A DNA stretch of 64,000 nt from Candidatus Nanopelagicales bacterium (GTDB lineage Bacteria; Actinomycetota; Actinomycetes; S36-B12; UBA10799). The DNA lies in the NCBI GenBank assembly GCA_018003655.1, contig JAGNDY010000003.1, forward strand, positions 4,728-68,727, read 5' to 3'. Made by a program: the position numbers and the translations under genes. The notes beneath the pieces were generated by a model that was not told the DNA's origin, searched no databases, and saw only the letters and a list, made by a program, of their open reading frames with translations. Below, piece by piece: positions 1 to 8,937 of this stretch; within the stretch, counting starts at the first letter, position 1; each line of letters opens with the position of its first letter.

Positions 1-158
1 TCGGTCACGACCGTGACGACTTGGCGTGCGGCCTTGCCAGTCGGTGTGGGGCTCTTGGTCGGCTGGTCGGCCGATGCGGAACACGAGCCGAGCAGTAGCG
101 ACCCGCTGATGGCGGTCATCACCGCGACGCCAAAGCGCCCGCACATACTCCTACTCAT
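1..158 (-). CDS. putative lipoprotein, N-terminal fragment running off the window edge
   Basis: My translation of the minus strand from ATG 158 gives MSRSMCGRFGVAVMTAISGSLLLGSCSASADQPTKSPTPTGK... It has a basic n-region, a hydrophobic core and a lipobox-like LLGSC. Its ATG overlaps the rnd stop (ATGA). It is missing from the ORF track because it is truncated. Confidence 0.45.
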   Translation of the reverse strand, partial: MSRSMCGRFGVAVMTAISGSLLLGSCSASADQPTKSPTPTGKAARQVVTVVT

Positions 159-1435
159 GATGTGGCCTTCACGTCCCTCGGCTGCGGTGGTGCGTCTTTG
201 AGCGCCCGGTAGAGCGGCTCGACGGTCAACGATAACTGCCAGGGTCGGGCACCGAATCGGGCCAGCGACTGCTCGATGCTGGTCGCGGACAGATCCTGCG
301 GTGGGGCCCAACACAGCCGCCGCACCGAATCGGGGGTCAACAGACTCTCGCTGGCGATCTGCAAGTCGTCGGCGATCTCGGTCAGTGTCGCGCGGGCCTC
401 AGCCAGCCGGGCCGCTGCGGCGGGTGTGCGGTCAGCCCACGAACGCGGGGGAGGGGGCTCGTCTGGGGAACGCCCGACAGTGGCGGGCAATCGATCCTCC
501 GGCAACTGCAGTGCGCGCTCAACCGCCTGCCACCAGTAGGCGATGCGTCGCTTGGTTCCTCTGCCCTGGAACGCAGCGACCGCTTCCAGCTCACGACGAG
601 TCTTAGGCCAGGCCAGGGCGGCTGCCGCGATGGCCTTGTCCGGCAGTACGCGGCCAGGCGCGATGTCGCGGTCCTGCGCGAGCTGGTCCCGTTGTTGCCA
701 CAACTCGCGAACGATGGCCAACTGGCGACCAGATCTGGCTTTGTGAATGCCAGCAACGCGGCGCCATGGGTCCGTCCGCGGCGCCTTGGCTGGCGCTGTT
801 CGCAGGTAGTCGAACTCCTCTTGCGCCCATTGCCACCTGCCAGCCTCAATGAGGTCCACTTTGAGGATGAGCCGTAATTCGATGAGCAACTCCACGTCCA
901 AGGCTGCGTATTGCAGCCAGGACTGCGGCAGTGGTCTGGTCGACCAGTCCGCCGCCGAGTGCTCCTTGGCCAAGCTAAGCCCAAACTCGCTGGCCGCCAG
1001 CCCGGCGAGGCCAACCTTTGGCCGACCGAGCAGGCGGGCGGCGACCTCGGTGTCGAACAACGCTGGGGCGCGCAACCCGATCTCGACCAGGCACGGGATG
1101 TCCTGCGATGCCGCGTGCAGAATCCACTCGGCATCGCCCAAGGCCCTGTTCAGGTCACTGAGGTCAGCGAATGGCAGCGGGTCGATCAGGTGTGTGCCCG
1201 AGCCTTCCCGGCGAAGCTGGACCAAATAGGCACCGTGCCCGTAGCGGTAGCCGCCAGCCCGTTCAGCGTCGATGGCGACTGGCCCGGTGCCGGCGGCCAA
1301 TGCGTCGATACTGCGTCGCAGTGAGTCCGGAGTGTCCACGACCGGGGGAGTTCCCTCGGTCGGCTCGGTCAGTGCCCGGGTGTGCGGCGCTTCCACCTCA
1401 GCAGAATCCACCTCAGCAGAATCGTCGTCGCTCAC
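155..1435 (-). CDS. rnd: ribonuclease D (DEDD 3'-5' exonuclease plus HRDC domain)
   Basis: 426 aa ORF with exonuclease motifs AIDAERAGGYRYGHGAYLVQL, ILHAASQDIPCL and YAALDVELLIEL, followed by an HRDC-like C-terminal half. Synteny with the hemE/DUF3000 block matches mycobacteria. Confidence 0.8.
   Translation of the reverse strand: MSDDDSAEVDSAEVEAPHTRALTEPTEGTPPVVDTPDSLRRSIDALAAGTGPVAIDAERAGGYRYGHGAYLVQLRREGSGTHLIDPLPFADLSDLNRALGDAEWILHAASQDIPCLVEIGLRAPALFDTEVAARLLGRPKVGLAGLAASEFGLSLAKEHSAADWSTRPLPQSWLQYAALDVELLIELRLILKVDLIEAGRWQWAQEEFDYLRTAPAKAPRTDPWRRVAGIHKARSGRQLAIVRELWQQRDQLAQDRDIAPGRVLPDKAIAAAALAWPKTRRELEAVAAFQGRGTKRRIAYWWQAVERALQLPEDRLPATVGRSPDEPPPPRSWADRTPAAAARLAEARATLTEIADDLQIASESLLTPDSVRRLCWAPPQDLSATSIEQSLARFGARPWQLSLTVEPLYRALKDAPPQPRDVKATS
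1393..1422. repeat. perfect 15-bp tandem duplication (CCACCTCAGCAGAAT x2) inside the 5' end of rnd
   Basis: Read directly: 1393-1407 equals 1408-1422. It is in frame and encodes DSAEV-DSAEV in the rnd N-terminus. Confidence 0.95.
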
Positions 1436-1465
1436 GCAGACACGGTAGCGATCACTGCCCGATTG

Positions 1466-2098
1466 TCAGCGAACCAGGCCCGAGCGCATCGCCAACGCGA
1501 CCATCTCGGCGCGGTCGCCGGTTCCCAACTTGCGGGCGATCCGAGCAAGGTGGCTCTTGACTGTGAGGGCCGACAGGCCGAGCTCGTCGCCGATGCCCTT
1601 ATTGGAATGACCCTCGGCGACCGACTGCAGTACTTCGATCTCACGCGGGGACAATTCATCGGGCGCCGTGCGAGCGCGACCTCGTTGGATGGGAATGACG
1701 TTGCGCGGTGTCTGGGACAAACTGCTGCGGCTTGAGACCACATAGCCGCGCACGCTGGCGGCCAAGGCTGCTTTGACGGCGTACGTATCGTTGCGCGGCG
1801 TAAGGATGAGCACCCGACGCCAGCGCATGCTGCGCAACTCGCCGACTAGCGGCAGAATCGGAGCTTCGGCCGAAGTTCCGTCCACGATGCAGAGATCGTG
1901 CTGGCCGTCCGTGCGCCCTTGGACCAACGCGTCAGCGTGGGAACCTGCTTCCAGGATGCTGCGGGCTCCGTATTGGCGGAGCCGGTGACAAAGGGCTCCT
2001 CGGCGACCTGGATCCGACGAGACGACCAGTGCGGTAAATCGGGTCTTGCTTGAAGCCAGCGGCGCTGGACCAGAAGTCCGTTCCACCAATGTCACCAC
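1466..2098 (-). CDS. orphan NarL/LuxR-family response regulator with an atypical receiver domain
   Basis: 210 aa with a canonical LuxR HTH (LSPREIEVLQSVAEGHSNKGIGDELGLSALTVKSHLARIARKLG). The N-terminal receiver-like domain has SS in place of the DD pair and S in place of the conserved Lys. GTG start at 2098. No kinase is adjacent. Confidence 0.8.
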   Translation of the reverse strand: MVTLVERTSGPAPLASSKTRFTALVVSSDPGRRGALCHRLRQYGARSILEAGSHADALVQGRTDGQHDLCIVDGTSAEAPILPLVGELRSMRWRRVLILTPRNDTYAVKAALAASVRGYVVSSRSSLSQTPRNVIPIQRGRARTAPDELSPREIEVLQSVAEGHSNKGIGDELGLSALTVKSHLARIARKLGTGDRAEMVALAMRSGLVR

Positions 2099-2276
2099 GT
2101 CTGCCTCCCGCGCGAAGCGACCAGGCCAGAGCTGTCCGACGGAGTTGTCGGTCGGTCAACGCGAGCCATTCGAGTACTTGGGTACCGGTATCGGCCGGAT
2201 CGGGTCGGGGCTTTAGCGACGGATGGCTAGCCGGGCATGGTACGAACGGCCAATTCTGCCGATCCGTGCCATTTTT

Positions 2277-2300
2277 CACCCTCGCAGACCAGTGAGGGTG
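2277..2300 (-). terminator. candidate stem-loop terminator downstream of the DUF3000-like gene
   Basis: Perfect 7-bp inverted repeat CACCCTC (2277-2283) / GAGGGTG (2294-2300) with a 10-nt loop, 16 nt past the stop. On the minus strand it is followed by an A run rather than a U run, so it is not a canonical intrinsic terminator. Confidence 0.3.
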
Positions 2301-2316
2301 GCGTTAGTGGTGCCGA

Positions 2317-2889
2317 CTACTGCGAGTTGCGACTCCGAATGAGTGAACTGACGCCGGTAGCTGTCGGCGCGAGTCCGCATGCGGACGATGCGAGCAGCGC
2401 CCATGCCCGGGCGTGCGCTGCCAGGTCCTCGTTCGTCGGTGTCCACGACGCGCGGATCTGCAGGTGACCCTCCGGAAGCCGGTCGTCCATGACCCCGAAT
2501 GACCTTGACGCCACTGCCGTGACCGTTCCGCCGAGCGCTTCTGCCGATGCTTCGGACTCCTCAAGTGACTCCGCCAGCCATGCCCATCCCACTTCCGAGA
2601 GCATGGGGTCGGCCGCGACCTCAAGATCTACGTCGGCATCGATATACGCAACGACGCGCGTCGTGCCCTGCCATGACGCCTGACCAATCGGATCGTGAAG
2701 AATGACGAGGCGTCCGGATCCCACCGAAACGTCTTGCAGTTCCACGTCGAGGGTCTGGGCGTAACCAAAAGGGGCGAGTCGTGCGGGTGCTGGAGCCTCG
2801 CGAACGATGAACTCGGACCGGTATTGCAAGTGTCGAATGTCCTCGAGGCTGCGGGCGAACGGCGCTGGCATCGATTCCGGGGGTGGCAC
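2317..2889 (-). CDS. conserved hypothetical protein, DUF3000-like (Rv2680-type position)
   Basis: 190 aa acidic soluble protein. It occupies the same position between rnd and hemE as the DUF3000 protein in mycobacteria. Family assignment is by synteny and general resemblance only. The start could instead be the Met at 2871. Confidence 0.5.
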   Translation of the reverse strand: MPPPESMPAPFARSLEDIRHLQYRSEFIVREAPAPARLAPFGYAQTLDVELQDVSVGSGRLVILHDPIGQASWQGTTRVVAYIDADVDLEVAADPMLSEVGWAWLAESLEESEASAEALGGTVTAVASRSFGVMDDRLPEGHLQIRASWTPTNEDLAAHARAWALLASSACGLAPTATGVSSLIRSRNSQ

Positions 2890-2918
2890 CCCAACAGACT
2901 AGATCGAGAGGGAGCGTT

Positions 2919-3830
2919 GTGGCTGCACTGCTCGCGTTGCTCTCAAGCGTGTTGTGGGGCACGTCTGACTTCCTGGGTGGAACCATGTCGCGCCGGCGAC
3001 CGCCCCTAGCCGTCGTTGGCTTCAGTCAAACGGCCGGTCTGCTGGTCATGGTGTTCGTTGTGCTCCTCACCGGTGCCTGGGGTGCCCCGTTGGACTACCT
3101 GCCCTGGGCCGTCCTGGCAGCGAGCTCGGGCTTGTTTGGTCTGTGGACGTTCTACTCGGCACTGGCCACCGGGACCATGGGAATCGTGTCGCCGATCGCG
3201 GCGACCGGAATCATCGTCCCGCTTGGCGCCGGTCTGCTGGTGGGGGATTTGCCCTCACTGGTCCAAGCCGCAGGTGTTGTGGTTGCCATCGCGGGCCTTG
3301 GGTTCGTCGTTGCGCCGGAAAGCGACCCGCACGTGCTGGCCGACAGCGACCGAGCCTTGTTCGGTGATCCCGAAACTCGCGGGGGCGCCACCGGCGAGGC
3401 CGACGAGTTGCGCAGTGCCCGCTGGCGGCCCATCATTCTTGCTGCTGTCTCCGCGTTGATGTTCGGAACCTCTTTGGCCGCGATTGCGCAGGGATCGCTC
3501 ACCAGTCCCACGATGACCATGGCGGCGATGCGCGTTTGGTCTGTCGCGATCATGGTGTTAGTGGCTGTGTTCGCTCGCAGTCTGGGTGGAATGACCAGCG
3601 CGGATCTGCCGGCCGTGTTTGTGATCGGTGCCTTCGACGTCGGCGCAAATATGGCGTACGGCTTGTCGGCCGCAGGAGGCGAACTGGTTGTCGCCGCCGT
3701 GTTGGGCTCGCTGTACCCGGTGTTCACAGTCATGCTCGCGTGGCGGGTCCACGGCGAACGGCTGCGGGTTGTGCAATACGCCGGAGTAGCCCTTGCCCTC
3801 GTAGGCGTGGTGCTGATGAGTGTTGGTTGA
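2919..3830 (+). CDS. EamA/DMT-family transporter
   Basis: About 10 predicted TM helices in two halves separated by a charged loop, with an N-terminus [18 protein letters not shown] typical of EamA. I moved the start from 2883 to GTG 2919, which is preceded by GAGAGGGAG, to avoid a 5' overlap with the divergent gene. Confidence 0.75.
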   Translation: MAALLALLSSVLWGTSDFLGGTMSRRRPPLAVVGFSQTAGLLVMVFVVLLTGAWGAPLDYLPWAVLAASSGLFGLWTFYSALATGTMGIVSPIAATGIIVPLGAGLLVGDLPSLVQAAGVVVAIAGLGFVVAPESDPHVLADSDRALFGDPETRGGATGEADELRSARWRPIILAAVSALMFGTSLAAIAQGSLTSPTMTMAAMRVWSVAIMVLVAVFARSLGGMTSADLPAVFVIGAFDVGANMAYGLSAAGGELVVAAVLGSLYPVFTVMLAWRVHGERLRVVQYAGVALALVGVVLMSVG

Positions 3831-3847
3831 TCTGGGAAGATTGCCCG

Positions 3848-4933
3848 GTGTCCCATTCGTCCTTGGCCCGGAACCTGCCCGTTGACCATCCACTGCTGAC
3901 GGGACGAACCAGCGATTCGGCATTAATCAGGGCCGCGCGCGGAGAGTCCGTGAGTCACACGCCGGTGTGGTTCATGCGCCAGGCAGGACGTTCGCTGCCC
4001 GAGTATCGGCAACTGCGCGCCGGTCACACCATGCTCGACACCTGCTTCACGTCTGAGTTGGTGGTCGAGATCACCATGCAACCGGTTCGTCGGCACAACG
4101 TTGACGCGGCGATCCTGTTCTCCGACATTGTCGTGCCGGTCAAGGCCGTGGGAATTGACGTCGAGATCCAACCAGGCGTTGGACCAGTCATCGCCGAACC
4201 GTTCCGCACCGCTGCCGATGTCGACCGCCTGCGGGATCTGGAACCAGCCGATATCGCCGCAATCACGGATGCGATTCATGGATTGACCGCTGAACTTGGC
4301 CAGACCCCGCTAATCGGTTTCGCGGGTGCGCCGTTCACGGTGGCCTCGTATCTGGTTGAAGGTCGACCAAGTCGCGATCACCTGCACACCAAAGCCATGA
4401 TGTTGCGAGACCCCGACACATGGAACGCCCTACTCGATCGCCTTGCCGACATCTGCGGGGACTTTCTTCGGCTGCAGATTGACGCTGGCGCATCTGCGAT
4501 CCAGTTGTTTGATTCGTGGGCCGGCGCGCTTAGCGCACCGATGTATCAAGAATTGGTCATGCCGCATTCGGCCAAGGTGCTGGCTTCAGTTGCCCACACT
4601 GAAGTTCCCAGAATCCACTTCGGAGTGAGTACCGGCGAATTGCTGGATCTGATGGCCCAGGCCGGGGCTGACGTCATGGGCGTCGATTTCCGCATCACGC
4701 TCGCGCAGGCCGCGCAGCGAATCTCGCGGTCGATGCCGTTGCAGGGGAACCTCGACCCAGCCGCCTTGTTTGCCCCATGGCCGGTTGTGGAGGCTGCCGT
4801 CGCCGATGTGCTGGCTGCGGCGGAGGGTCTGCCCGGGCACATCTTCAACCTCGGCCACGGCGTGCCACCGGAGACCGACCCGGATGTCCTCACGCGGGTG
4901 GTCGAGTTGGTCCACCAGAGCACCGCGAGGTGA
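3848..4933 (+). CDS. hemE: uroporphyrinogen decarboxylase
   Basis: Signature [16 protein letters not shown] near the N-terminus and 361 aa from GTG 3848. The 104-codon upstream extension of the ORF overlaps the EamA gene and was rejected. Confidence 0.9.
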   Translation: MSHSSLARNLPVDHPLLTGRTSDSALIRAARGESVSHTPVWFMRQAGRSLPEYRQLRAGHTMLDTCFTSELVVEITMQPVRRHNVDAAILFSDIVVPVKAVGIDVEIQPGVGPVIAEPFRTAADVDRLRDLEPADIAAITDAIHGLTAELGQTPLIGFAGAPFTVASYLVEGRPSRDHLHTKAMMLRDPDTWNALLDRLADICGDFLRLQIDAGASAIQLFDSWAGALSAPMYQELVMPHSAKVLASVAHTEVPRIHFGVSTGELLDLMAQAGADVMGVDFRITLAQAAQRISRSMPLQGNLDPAALFAPWPVVEAAVADVLAAAEGLPGHIFNLGHGVPPETDPDVLTRVVELVHQSTAR

Positions 4934-5961
4934 ACTCGTCGGGCCGCAGCGCAGACAGTCCGATCCGACTGACGCAGCGCAACCCCGTGGTCACCACGGA
5001 TGGGTTGCTCGCTGGTTTCGTTCCCCCACCCCAATTTGCCCAGGTCAGATTCGACACCTACCGGCCAGATCCTGGTGCACCGTCCCAGCAGCGGGCCTTG
5101 GACGTGCTTGCGGAGTTCGCCGAGACTGTGAAGGTTCCGGCCCGACCAAGGCGGCGCCGACGCCGGTCGAGTCGGGTCAAGAATCAGGCGTCACCGGCCG
5201 GTGTCTATCTCGACGGCGGCTTCGGCGTGGGCAAGACCCACCTGTTGGCATCGCTGTGGCACGCCACCCCCGGCAACCGTTCGTTCGGCACCTTTGTGGA
5301 GTTCACGAATCTGGTCGGCGCACTCGGGTTTGAGCAAACGGTCGAAGCACTTGCGAGGAACACGCTGGTCTGCATCGATGAGTTCGAGCTTGACGACCCA
5401 GGCGACACGGTTTTGATGTCCTCCCTGTTGGCCCGACTCTCTCAGCGGGGGGTGAAGCTGGCCGCCACGTCCAACACGCTGCCCGACCGACTCGGCGAGG
5501 GCCGATTCGCGACGGACGACTTCATGCGCGAGATTCAGGGCCTGGCCGACACGTTCGAATCGATTCGGATAGACGGAGACGACTATCGGCACCGCGGCCT
5601 GCCGCAGGCGCCGACGCCGAAACCCGATGCGGCGGTGGTTGCGGCGACGTCGGCGTCGGGAGGTTCACTCGATGACTTCAGCGGACTCATCGATCACCTG
5701 GCATCGGTTCACCCGTCCCGCTACCGCGCCCTCATCGACGGGGTTTCAACGGTCGGGCTGCTCGACGTGCGGCAACTGACCGACCAAGCCCAGGCCTTGC
5801 GCCTGGTTGTGCTCGTCGATCGGTTGTATGACCAAGATGTCGCGCTCATCGCCAGCGGGCTGCCGGTCGACCAGGTGTTTGCCCCGGACATGTTGGCCGG
5901 TGGCTACCGGAAGAAGTACTGGCGGGCGATCTCCCGGTTGGACGCGTTGGCGCGCAGCTAG
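4930..5961 (+). CDS. zapE: ZapE/AFG1-family ATPase
   Basis: Walker A in [19 protein letters not shown] and Walker B-like [14 protein letters not shown] 4930 overlaps the hemE stop (GTGA). Confidence 0.8.
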   Translation: MNSSGRSADSPIRLTQRNPVVTTDGLLAGFVPPPQFAQVRFDTYRPDPGAPSQQRALDVLAEFAETVKVPARPRRRRRRSSRVKNQASPAGVYLDGGFGVGKTHLLASLWHATPGNRSFGTFVEFTNLVGALGFEQTVEALARNTLVCIDEFELDDPGDTVLMSSLLARLSQRGVKLAATSNTLPDRLGEGRFATDDFMREIQGLADTFESIRIDGDDYRHRGLPQAPTPKPDAAVVAATSASGGSLDDFSGLIDHLASVHPSRYRALIDGVSTVGLLDVRQLTDQAQALRLVVLVDRLYDQDVALIASGLPVDQVFAPDMLAGGYRKKYWRAISRLDALARS

Positions 5962-5990
5962 ATCGGGCCAACGCGTCCAACCGACTTGAG

Positions 5991-7715
5991 TTAGCCAACC
6001 TCAGCCGGGAAGGCCCGATCGATGAGCAGGTCGGTATCAACGCCGGCCGGCAGAACCCCGAAGGTGCGGGCCGTCCCCTGCGGAGACAGCCGGGTGGCAC
6101 AGAACGCATCGGCAACGGGATTGGGTGCGTGCCGCAGGAGCACCGAGCCCTGCAGCAGCAAAGCCATTCGCTCGGCCAGTTGACGAGCACTCGCCTCGTC
6201 CGTTGCGGCGCCGCGCGACAGGGTGTCCAGCAGGTCGGTCACGGCGGTGTCGAAGTTCCGATCGGTGCCGCTTGCTGCGCCAACCTCAGCTAACCAAGCG
6301 TCCAGCGACTCCGGCGACCGGGAGAGTGCGCGCAGCAGATCCAGTGCGTTCACGTTCCCGGATCCCTCCCAGATCGAGTTCACCGGCGCTTCCCGGTAGA
6401 GCCGCGGTAGACCTGTCTCCTCGACGTAACCAGCCCCGCCGAGACATTCCATCGACTCGAAAACGACGTATGGCGCCCGCTTGCAGACGAAGTACTTGCT
6501 CATTGGCAATGCCAGTCGGCGCAAGGCTGCCTCGGAGTCTGCGTTCTGGCCGGGCCGGGCACCGACCGAGGCATCTGTGGCCGCCGCAAGCCGCATCGAC
6601 AACCAGGTTGCGGCTTCGACTTCGATCGCGAGGTCAGCAAGCACCTGGCGCATGAGTGGCTGATCGATCAACGTCGCACCGAATGCCGATCGGTGAGCCG
6701 CGTGCCACGCCGCCTCGGACAGCGCCTTGCGCATGAGCGCGGTAGAGCCCAGGACACAGTCAAGGCGGGTGGCGGAAACCATCTCGACGATGGTGCGAAC
6801 ACCTCGTCCCTCGTCCCCGAGGCGTTGGGCCCAGGTATTGGAGAATTCAATCTCGGCAGAGGCGTTCGAACGGTTCCCCAGCTTCTCCTTGAGGCGTTGG
6901 ATACGGAAAACGTTGCGGGTCCCGTCCGCTAGTACCCGTGGAACCACAAAGCACGTCAGTCCACCTTCGGCTTGCGCAAGCACGAGGAAGATGTCGCTCA
7001 TGGGCGCGGAGCAGAACCACTTGTGACCATCGAGTGCGTACGCGCCGTCCTCTCCTGGCAGCGGCGTCGCGATGGTGGTGTTCGCTCGCACATCCGAGCC
7101 GCCCTGCTTCTCGGTCATCGACATCCCGGCGATAAGACCGGCCTTCTGTTGCGGCGACCGCAGGCCGAAGTCGTAGGTCGCTGAGCTGAGACCGGGCACC
7201 CATTGGGCCGCCACCGCGGGATCAGTTTTCAGCGCCGGAACTGCGGCGTACGTCATGGAGATGGGGCAGCCGTGTCCGGCTTCGGCCTGGTACCAGGACA
7301 TGAACCCAGCAGCGCGCTGCGAGTGTGCGTATGGGTCATCGCTGGTCCACGCGGCCGCGTGCAGGCCGTGCCCGACCGCTTCGGTCATGAGTGAGTGCCA
7401 AGCCGGGTGGAACTCGACCTCGTCGATGCGTTGGCCGTACCGGTCGAAGGCTTTGAGTTGGGGCGTGAAGGTGTCTGCCTCGGTTGCCCACTGCTTGACC
7501 TGTGCCGATCCGGAAAGGCGTCCGAGTTTGGACAGGCCGTCGGTGTTCTGGTCGCCCGCGAACTCAGTCAACGCCTCCACCAAAGCCGTATCCGCGCTGA
7601 AGACGTCGTAGTCCTCAAGCGGTGGGGGCTGATTAAGCACGGAGTGGGTGTCTACCGACGCGGCCCGGAACTTCGGTCGGGTTGTCTGACCAACAGATAG
7701 GTCTTCAGCTTCCAT
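5991..7715 (-). CDS. AidB-like acyl-CoA dehydrogenase family protein
   Basis: 574 aa from ATG 7715 (MEAEDLSVGQ...). The long N-terminal domain and the C-terminal motifs GGAGYVEETGLPRLYREAPVNSIWEGSGNVNALD are typical of AidB/ACAD10-like enzymes. The upstream 96 codons of the ORF translate the tandem repeat and were rejected. Confidence 0.8.
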   Translation of the reverse strand: MEAEDLSVGQTTRPKFRAASVDTHSVLNQPPPLEDYDVFSADTALVEALTEFAGDQNTDGLSKLGRLSGSAQVKQWATEADTFTPQLKAFDRYGQRIDEVEFHPAWHSLMTEAVGHGLHAAAWTSDDPYAHSQRAAGFMSWYQAEAGHGCPISMTYAAVPALKTDPAVAAQWVPGLSSATYDFGLRSPQQKAGLIAGMSMTEKQGGSDVRANTTIATPLPGEDGAYALDGHKWFCSAPMSDIFLVLAQAEGGLTCFVVPRVLADGTRNVFRIQRLKEKLGNRSNASAEIEFSNTWAQRLGDEGRGVRTIVEMVSATRLDCVLGSTALMRKALSEAAWHAAHRSAFGATLIDQPLMRQVLADLAIEVEAATWLSMRLAAATDASVGARPGQNADSEAALRRLALPMSKYFVCKRAPYVVFESMECLGGAGYVEETGLPRLYREAPVNSIWEGSGNVNALDLLRALSRSPESLDAWLAEVGAASGTDRNFDTAVTDLLDTLSRGAATDEASARQLAERMALLLQGSVLLRHAPNPVADAFCATRLSPQGTARTFGVLPAGVDTDLLIDRAFPAEVG

Positions 7716-7770
7716 GGCACTACGGTATGCCTCGTGGTCGCCGCTGACGAGTCGCAACCCGACGAGCCAG

Positions 7771-7845
7771 CCAGTGACGATCCCGCCAGTGACACGCCCA
7801 CCAGTGACACGCCCACCAGTGACACGCCCACCAGCGACACGACGC
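7771..7845. repeat. 15-bp tandem repeat, 5 units (3 perfect CCAGTGACACGCCCA)
   Basis: Read directly. The units are 7771-7785 CCAGTGACGATCCCG, 7786-7830 three perfect copies of CCAGTGACACGCCCA, and 7831-7845 CCAGCGACACGACGC. Confidence 0.95.
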
Positions 7846-7997
7846 CCGTCCTGCAGGCACATGGCCCCGCCACTGCCGCTCACACTCCGCTGGTCACCCC
7901 GAGCCTCGCTCACCTCACGGTGCAGGCAGCTGCTGACCCCCCAGCGGCGGGTCAGGACCCGGAGCGACCTGCGATCGACCTGCCGACCAGGACCTGG

Positions 7998-8891
7998 ATG
8001 CAACGCCAGGCAGCTGCTGTTATGGCCAAGGCTCCTCGGCGGGCGCTGAGGTTCGCACTGATGTGGTGGGCGGTGATTTCGGGACGCCGCGTCACCGGCC
8101 TTGCGGCCGAAGCGGCTTTCTGGGTGCTGTTCTCCCTACCCTGGCTGGCGCTGGCGTTCATCTCCGGATTGACGGCATATACCCGCTACTCCGGCGACGA
8201 CACGGTCAGCGTGGTTGAGCAGCGCATTCTCGAGACCGTCGAACGTGTGCTGACGCCCGAAGCCGCCGATCAGTACGCGACCCCGATCATCCGGGACATG
8301 TTCGAGCAAGGCGGCACTTCGCTGGGGATCATCGGACTGGTGCTGGCTGTGTGGACAGGTTCGCGGGCGGTGATGACCTACGTCGAGGCTGTCACGATCA
8401 TCAACGGAGAGTTCGGGGTGCGCGGCTATGCGCGGCGTCGAGTCCTGTCCGCAGTGATCTACGTGGTGGCCGTCGTCATTGGCGTGGTGATGTCCCCCGT
8501 ATTGATCATCGGGCCAACCACCGTCGGCAGATGGCTGGACTTGCCCCCCGTCGTCGTGACGTGGTTGTCAATCCTCCTCATCGTCGTTCTGGCGACGCTG
8601 CTGTTGACGACGCTGTTCTACATCTCGGCGGTGATCAGGAAAGCATGGTGGGCCAGCCTTCCCGGGGCTGTTCTGGCGGTGGTCGTCAGTGTCCTGGCTG
8701 GCGTCGGGCTGACGATCTATGTGCGTGGCCTCTTTGCTGAATCGTCTGTCTACGGTGTGCTAGCCACTCCCATCGCGGTCATGGTTTTCGCCTACGCCTT
8801 CAGCCTGATCGCCCTCATGGGTGCAGCGTTCGACGCGGTCCGAATCGGGCGCCCGATATTTGTCCGCGGAACGCCCGAATCCACTCCCTAG
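7998..8891 (+). CDS. YihY/BrkB-family membrane protein
   Basis: The polytopic membrane protein starts MQRQAAAVMAKAPRRALRFALMWWAVISGRRVTGLAAEAAFWVLFSLPW. ATG 7998 is preceded by AGGA. An alternative GTG at 7734 would add an 88-aa Pro/Thr/Ser/Asp repeat extension. Confidence 0.75.
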   Translation: MQRQAAAVMAKAPRRALRFALMWWAVISGRRVTGLAAEAAFWVLFSLPWLALAFISGLTAYTRYSGDDTVSVVEQRILETVERVLTPEAADQYATPIIRDMFEQGGTSLGIIGLVLAVWTGSRAVMTYVEAVTIINGEFGVRGYARRRVLSAVIYVVAVVIGVVMSPVLIIGPTTVGRWLDLPPVVVTWLSILLIVVLATLLLTTLFYISAVIRKAWWASLPGAVLAVVVSVLAGVGLTIYVRGLFAESSVYGVLATPIAVMVFAYAFSLIALMGAAFDAVRIGRPIFVRGTPESTP

Positions 8892-8937
8892 CCGTGACGG
8901 CAAGCAACGAGTCATTACGCGCACGATGTTCTTCGCG

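Noticed and set aside
13-201. 62-aa plus-strand ORF at the window edge
   Set aside because: The opposite strand encodes a convincing lipoprotein signal peptide coupled to the rnd stop. The plus-strand ORF has no start context or motif.
3536-3847. 104-codon upstream extension of the hemE ORF
   Set aside because: It overlaps the 3' third of the EamA transporter gene in another frame. The protein from GTG 3848 is 361 aa, a typical HemE length (roughly 350-360 aa), so the extension is unnecessary.
7771-7845. Possible CRISPR array or minisatellite-type mobile element
   Set aside because: The 15-bp units are contiguous with no spacers, there are no cas genes in the window, and the unit length is too short. 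It is a simple tandem repeat.
7716-8003. 96-codon N-terminal extension of the AidB-like dehydrogenase ORF (GGRVTGGRVTGGRVT...)
   Set aside because: It is a translation of the tandem repeat on the opposite strand. The conserved ACAD/AidB N-terminus begins at the Met at 7715, and the extension would overlap the divergent yihY start.
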